From an uncultured Oscillospiraceae bacterium (GTDB lineage Bacteria > Bacillota > Clostridia > Saccharofermentanales > UBA5734): a stretch of 39,201 nt of DNA. Shown piece by piece: positions 34,039-39,201 of this stretch. Each line of letters opens with the position of its first letter. Position 1 is the stretch's first letter. Position numbers and translations under genes: made by a program. The stretch is taken from the NCBI GenBank assembly GCA_964549475.1, contig CAZJXH010000001.1, positions 13,356 through 52,556 on the forward strand. The letters are read 5' to 3'. Below the pieces are notes generated by a model that saw only the letters and a list, made by a program, of their open reading frames with translations, was not told the origin of the DNA and did no database searches.

Positions 34039-36739
34039 TCAAATCCCTCCCGTCAAGCGGCAGGATAAAACGAAACACAGCGCCCCCGCCATCTTCTTTA
34101 TTATTCGCTTCAATCCTTCCATTATGGGCCTTGATAATCGAACGGCAGATGGAAAGTCCGATCCCCATGCCCCGGGAAGAATCGGAGCTTTTATTTTTAC
34201 CAGTGGAGTACCCTTCAAACAAAGTGGGCAGATCCTGTGGGGAAATGCCTTCCCCGTTGTCGCTGACCTCGAAAATCGCACTGTTTTTTGTCTTTTTTAC
34301 TGTCAGCTCAATCAGAGAACCTGTCTGTGAGTGCTTGATGGCATTCTCCAGCAGGTTGATGATCACCTGTTCGATCAACGTCGCATCCATCGGAACAAGC
34401 AGAAGCTCCTCCGGCACTTTTACCGTGATATTGCAGCCGATGAATTTGCTTCGGACCCTGGATACTGACTCGGAAACAATTTCCTCCACCGCTTCCGGAG
34501 TTTTTGAAACATTCATGGAGGCTTCGCTGATCCGCGTGACTGACAGAAGGTTTTCCACCATCCGGATCAGCCATTGGGAATCCTCCCGGATGTCTTTTAC
34601 CAGTTTGTCGCGAGTTTGCTCATCGATGGTAGCCTTGTTTTCGAGTATCGCGGAACTGGCCCCCGAAATAGCGGTCAGCGGAGTCCGTAAATCATGGGAG
34701 ATGGCGCGCAGCAGATTGCTCCGCATATTCTCCTTTTCGGATTCAATCATGATTCTGCGCTGTTCGTCCGAAAGGTGCTGACGTTCAAGCGCCATTGCTA
34801 CAAGAGAGGCGATCATCCGCAGAAATGCCCGATTGTCATGATTGAGTTTTGGCGAATTCAAACAGGCGATTCCCAGCACGCCGATTACATTTCCCTGAGA
34901 CAGGATCGGCATATAAAAAGCCCCGGCACCCATCAGTGTGTCCGTGCCGGCCCCGGCGCGCTTCTTATTGACAAACACCCAGTGCGCCACTGCCTTTTCG
35001 TCGGGCGTCAGCAGATAGGAAGCGTCCGCATCGCTGGAAGACTGTCTGAAAACACCCGAATCGCCTTCCAACGGATCTTGCGGATAAAAAATGACGGACC
35101 GGTTGTAAAGCTTTGTGACATAGTCATTGGTCAGTTCGATGATATTTGCAAGTCCCCTTGTAACAAGGAGCTTCTTATTGATTTCATATAGCACCTCGGT
35201 CTTCCATTCCCTGTTAACTGCCAGTTTGGCCTGTTTCTTCATCCGCACCATCAGTGCGCTGGTCAGCAAAGCGACCAGAAGCATGATCAGGAAAGTGATC
35301 GGATAACCCGCCTGTATCGCATTAAAAGTATACAGGGGCTCAACAAAGAGAAAGTTGAAGAGGAGCACGCTCAGGACAGAAGAAACCACTCCATAAGCAT
35401 ATCCGGCAGTAAATCTTGATATGACCAGTACGGAAAGAATGTATGCCATGATAATATTTTGATTTCCGATGCCGAGTTCACGCAGAATCATGGATGCAAG
35501 CGTGGCAATGGCAAGCATTCCGATGCTTTTCAGCGTATCCCCTGCGGAAAGAGTGAAATTATTGCGAAAAAGATTTTTTCGCGGGAAATTCCGGGAGTTC
35601 TCTCTGTCGTTGTCCGGAATAATATAGAGTTCTGTTGTGGACAGCATGGAAAGAAGCTTCTCTTCAAAATCGCTGCCAAAATAATTTTTCAGTGTTTTTT
35701 TCTTTCTGCTCTTCCCGATCACTATATTGGTGATGCCCGAAAGCTTCGCATATTCCGAAACCGAGGTGGCGATATCGTATCCGCTCAGCGTGACAATCTG
35801 GGCGCCGAGTCTCGCGGCAAGGTCCAGATGATTCCGGATGCTTTTGTTTTCTTCCTCGCTGAAGGAAAGACTCGCAGGCGTTTCTACGTATAAAACGGTC
35901 CACGGAGCATGGAAAGCCTCCGCGGTTCTCGCCGTCCAACGGATGCACCGGGCGGAGGAAGGCGCGGTTCCAATGCATACTAGAAAACGCTGATTCAGTG
36001 TTTTTTCGGTTTGACTGTAATTGTTCTGGTTGTCGTGGCCGATCCGTTCCGTCACTTTACGCAGGGCGATTTCGCGTAAAAGCCTCAGATTTTCCTTCAT
36101 GAAGAAGTTCTGCATCGCAGTAACTGCCTGTTCGGGCCGATAGATCTTCCCCTCTTCGAAACGCATGATCAATTCTTCCGGAGCGATATCGATCAGCTTG
36201 ACCAGTTCGGCATTGTCAAAAATATAATCCGGTATGGTTTCCCGGACCGGAATCTTGGTGATATTCTCCACAATATCATTCAGGCTTTCGATGTGCTGCA
36301 CATTGATGGTAGTGTAGACATCGATTCCCGCATTCAGGAGTTCTTCCACATCCTGATAGCGTTTTTTATTTCGTACCCCCTCTGCGTTGGTATGGGCCAG
36401 TTCATCAACCAGAACAAGACCGGGCTTTCTCTTAAGAACCGCTTCCAGATCAAACTCATTGAGCTGTATGTTTTTATAATTCACTGTGATGGGCGGTATG
36501 GCAGGAAGTCCCGCAAGCAGTTGAAGTGTCTCCGGTCGTGTGTGCGGTTCCACATATCCGACAACGACATCCACACCGGATTTTTGCTGTCCGTGTGCAT
36601 CATCAAGCATGGCATAGGTTTTCCCTACGCCGGCCGCATACCCCAGGAATATTTTCAGTTTTCCTTTTTTGCTGGGTTTATCCTCCGTGATTTTTTTTAA
36701 AAGCAAATCCGGATCGGGGCGTTTTTCGTCGAGTTCCAT
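34031..36739 (-). CDS. kdpD: Sensor histidine kinase KdpD
   Basis: GKLKIFLGYAAGVGKT, LVDELAHTN, USP domain, 4 TM segments, SHDLRTPL, GMGIGL. Confidence 0.96.
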   Translation of the reverse strand: MELDEKRPDPDLLLKKITEDKPSKKGKLKIFLGYAAGVGKTYAMLDDAHGQQKSGVDVVVGYVEPHTRPETLQLLAGLPAIPPITVNYKNIQLNEFDLEAVLKRKPGLVLVDELAHTNAEGVRNKKRYQDVEELLNAGIDVYTTINVQHIESLNDIVENITKIPVRETIPDYIFDNAELVKLIDIAPEELIMRFEEGKIYRPEQAVTAMQNFFMKENLRLLREIALRKVTERIGHDNQNNYSQTEKTLNQRFLVCIGTAPSSARCIRWTARTAEAFHAPWTVLYVETPASLSFSEEENKSIRNHLDLAARLGAQIVTLSGYDIATSVSEYAKLSGITNIVIGKSRKKKTLKNYFGSDFEEKLLSMLSTTELYIIPDNDRENSRNFPRKNLFRNNFTLSAGDTLKSIGMLAIATLASMILRELGIGNQNIIMAYILSVLVISRFTAGYAYGVVSSVLSVLLFNFLFVEPLYTFNAIQAGYPITFLIMLLVALLTSALMVRMKKQAKLAVNREWKTEVLYEINKKLLVTRGLANIIELTNDYVTKLYNRSVIFYPQDPLEGDSGVFRQSSSDADASYLLTPDEKAVAHWVFVNKKRAGAGTDTLMGAGAFYMPILSQGNVIGVLGIACLNSPKLNHDNRAFLRMIASLVAMALERQHLSDEQRRIMIESEKENMRSNLLRAISHDLRTPLTAISGASSAILENKATIDEQTRDKLVKDIREDSQWLIRMVENLLSVTRISEASMNVSKTPEAVEEIVSESVSRVRSKFIGCNITVKVPEELLLVPMDATLIEQVIINLLENAIKHSQTGSLIELTVKKTKNSAIFEVSDNGEGISPQDLPTLFEGYSTGKNKSSDSSRGMGIGLSICRSIIKAHNGRIEANNKEDGGGAVFRFILPLDGRDLNG

Positions 36740-36768
36740 CAACCCTCACCACCTTCCTTCTTATTATG

Positions 36769-37359
36769 TCATAATAATCCATCCAGGGAAAGATTCACCT
36801 TCAGTACATTTACAGCAGGTTCTCCCCAAAAGCCCAGAAATCGGCCGGTTGTGTATTTTGCTATGATATCCCGGACTGCGGTTTCCTCTATGCCCCTTGC
36901 TTTGGCAATCCGGGCGACCTGGTATTCGGCGGCTTCGGGCGAAATATTCGGATCCACGCCGCTGCCGGATGCGGTGATCAGATCAGCGGGGATATCCGAC
37001 TTGTTCTCCAGATCGAATTGATGCCACCAGTCGATTCTTTCCTCGATCCTCTTTTTTTGTTCTTCTCCGACAGGGGATAGATTCGATGTGCCGGAAGGCC
37101 TGCCGATCAGGTATTCCGGCTTGGTGAATTCCTGTGCGATCCGCTCGGATCCGATCTCTTCTTTCGTGCCGTTCTTGAGAGTGACTGTGATGATGCTGCC
37201 GTTCGCCTTGTCAGGAAAAATCAATTGTGCAAATCCGGTGACTGCTCCCGTATACAGGATACCGCACAAAAGCGTGAATACCAGAAGGCATACCGCAGCG
37301 GGACGCAGGAATTTCAAAAGCTTTCTCATAATATGTCTAGTATAATGCAATCGCATCAT
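36769..37359 (-). CDS. kdpC: Potassium-transporting ATPase subunit KdpC
   Basis: QLIFPDKANGS, TASGSGVDPNIS, GEPAVNVLKVN. Start at 37359 or 37356 behind AAAGGAG (37329 is an alternative). Confidence 0.92.
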   Translation of the reverse strand: MMRLHYTRHIMRKLLKFLRPAAVCLLVFTLLCGILYTGAVTGFAQLIFPDKANGSIITVTLKNGTKEEIGSERIAQEFTKPEYLIGRPSGTSNLSPVGEEQKKRIEERIDWWHQFDLENKSDIPADLITASGSGVDPNISPEAAEYQVARIAKARGIEETAVRDIIAKYTTGRFLGFWGEPAVNVLKVNLSLDGLL

Positions 37360-37387
37360 ACCGCTCCTTTCTTTTATCGATTTATGT

Positions 37388-39201
37388 TTATGCAAGACCA
37401 CAAATGGTCAGAATCATATCAATCAGCTTGATTGCGATAAACGGAGCGACGATGCCGCCCAGACCGTAAACCAGCAGATTCCTGGAAAGCAGCTTGCCGG
37501 CTGAGACCTCGCGGTATCTTACCCCTTTGAGTGCAAGCGGAATCAATGCAATGATAATCAGCGCATTATAGATGATCGCAGAGAGAATCGCACTCCTGCT
37601 GCTGGTCAGGTTCATGAAATTGAGGGCGGAAAGCTGCGGATAGATTCCGAAAAACAAAACAGGAATAATTGCAAAATACTTAGCAACATCGTTCGCCACA
37701 CTGAATGTAGTGAGCGAGCCGCGGGTCATCAGCAGCTGCTTGCCGATCCGGACGATATCGATCAGCTTCGTCGGGCTGGAATCCAGATCAATCATGTTTC
37801 CTGCCTCTTTTGCCGCCTGGGTGCCCGAGTTCATGGCAACCGCGACATCCGCCTGTGCAAGGGCGGGCGCGTCGTTCGTGCCGTCGCCTGTCATCGCCAC
37901 CATATGCCCCTTTGCCTGGTAGTCGCGAATCAGGGCAAGCTTCGCTTCCGGCGTCGCTTCGGCAAGAAAGTCATCCACCCCTGCTTCCGCTGCGATTGCC
38001 GCTGCGGTCATCGGATTGTCGCCCGTGATCATGATGGTTTTTATGCCCATTTTCCGCAGATCTTCGAAACGCTCCTTGACGCCGTTTTTCACAATGTCTT
38101 TCAGATAGATTACGCCCAGGTTCATTCCGTTGTTTGCTACAACTAGAAGAGTCCCGCCTTTGTTCGCCACCTGTCTGACATAATTGTCGCATTCCTCCGG
38201 ATAAATGCCGCCTTTATCAATGACATAATTTTTAACTGCGTCCGCAGCGCCTGTCCGAATTTCATTATTCTGAAAATCGATTCCGCTGATCCGTGTCTTT
38301 GCTGAAAACTCGATAAAAAAAGCATTCAGATTGGAAAGTTCCCGTCCGCGGATGCCGAACCGCTCCTTCGCCAGAACCACAATGCTGCGTCCCTCGGCGG
38401 TTTCGTCCGCAATGGAGGAAAGCTGCGCAGCATCGGCAAGCTCTTGTTCCGTCACGCCTCTGACCGGGATGAATTCACTGGCCTGGCGGTTTCCAAGCGT
38501 GATGGTTCCGGTTTTGTCGAGAAGAAGAACATCCACATCCCCTGCGGCTTCGATAGCGCGCCCGCTCATAGCCAGCACGTTAGCCTGATTAAGCCTGCTC
38601 ATCCCTGCGATTCCGATAGAGGAAAGCAGTGCGCCGATGGTTGTCGGAGCAAGACAGACAAGGAGTGCGATGATATTGGTTACTGATACAGCAGATCCGC
38701 TTCCCGCCTGTTTGCTGGCAAATGCGGAAAAAGGAAGCAATGTTGCGGTAACAACCAGAAAAATAATTGTAAGCGTGACAAGAAGAATCTGCAAGGCGAT
38801 TTCATTCGGCGTCTTTTTGCGGGATGCGCCTTCGACCATGGCGATCATCTTGTCCAGAAAGCTTTCCCCGGCTTCCGCTGTTACCTTTACTACCAGCCAG
38901 TCGGAAATTACCGTGGTTCCGCCTGTCACGGCGCTCCGGTCGCCGCCGGACTCACGGATGACCGGAGCCGATTCTCCGGTGATGGCGCTCTCATCAACCG
39001 AAGCAACCCCTTCAATGACCTCCCCGTCCATCGGAATCTGATCACCGGCGTTTACAATGAAAATATCCCCGCGCTTCAGCAAATTGGACAACACCTCGGT
39101 GTATTCCTCATGATTCGCAGAAGCTTTCAATTTTTTCGCTTTGACATCCTTCCGCGCGCTGCGAAGGCTGTCGGCCTGCGCACGTCCCCGGCCTTCTGCA
39201 A
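37388..39201 (-). CDS. kdpB: Potassium-transporting ATPase subunit KdpB (5'-truncated by window edge)
   Basis: [29 protein letters not shown]; frame stays open to the window end ([13 protein letters not shown]). Confidence 0.96.
   Translation of the reverse strand, partial: AEGRGRAQADSLRSARKDVKAKKLKASANHEEYTEVLSNLLKRGDIFIVNAGDQIPMDGEVIEGVASVDESAITGESAPVIRESGGDRSAVTGGTTVISDWLVVKVTAEAGESFLDKMIAMVEGASRKKTPNEIALQILLVTLTIIFLVVTATLLPFSAFASKQAGSGSAVSVTNIIALLVCLAPTTIGALLSSIGIAGMSRLNQANVLAMSGRAIEAAGDVDVLLLDKTGTITLGNRQASEFIPVRGVTEQELADAAQLSSIADETAEGRSIVVLAKERFGIRGRELSNLNAFFIEFSAKTRISGIDFQNNEIRTGAADAVKNYVIDKGGIYPEECDNYVRQVANKGGTLLVVANNGMNLGVIYLKDIVKNGVKERFEDLRKMGIKTIMITGDNPMTAAAIAAEAGVDDFLAEATPEAKLALIRDYQAKGHMVAMTGDGTNDAPALAQADVAVAMNSGTQAAKEAGNMIDLDSSPTKLIDIVRIGKQLLMTRGSLTTFSVANDVAKYFAIIPVLFFGIYPQLSALNFMNLTSSRSAILSAIIYNALIIIALIPLALKGVRYREVSAGKLLSRNLLVYGLGGIVAPFIAIKLIDMILTICGLA

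Overview
A 39.2-kb window from a moderately GC-rich Firmicute, probably Clostridia (inferred from gene content, GGAGG ribosome-binding sites, consensus sigma-A promoters and a T-box leader). The first 26 kb is a mosaic of four LacI-associated sugar-catabolic modules: (1) LacI, a Gfo/Idh/MocA oxidoreductase and an SDR truncated by the window edge; (2) an alpha-glucoside locus (CUT1 ABC binding protein and permeases, GH13, GH31) with a divergent LacI; (3) LacI, a CUT2 monosaccharide ABC transporter, a UroD/MtaA-family protein and an L-fucose-isomerase-family protein; (4) two transaldolase-family paralogs flanking a CoA-acylating (methyl)malonate-semialdehyde dehydrogenase, plus a Zn alcohol dehydrogenase, with a divergent LacI. 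The rest holds a lipoprotein, an Agr-like LytTR/GHKL pair, a histidine phosphatase, an acyl-CoA ligase behind a tyrosine-type T-box riboswitch, an MFS transporter and kdpB(partial)-kdpC-kdpD-kdpE. Non-coding elements include a 305-bp internally deleted IS/MITE with long inverted ends and a 32-bp-arm REP-like palindrome between two copies of a promoter-like block. The best candidates for undescribed biology are the atypical twin-transaldolase/IolA operon, the Tyr T-box-controlled CoA ligase and the UroD-like/isomerase sugar operon. All protein assignments and alignments were made by eye from motifs; no database searches were run.
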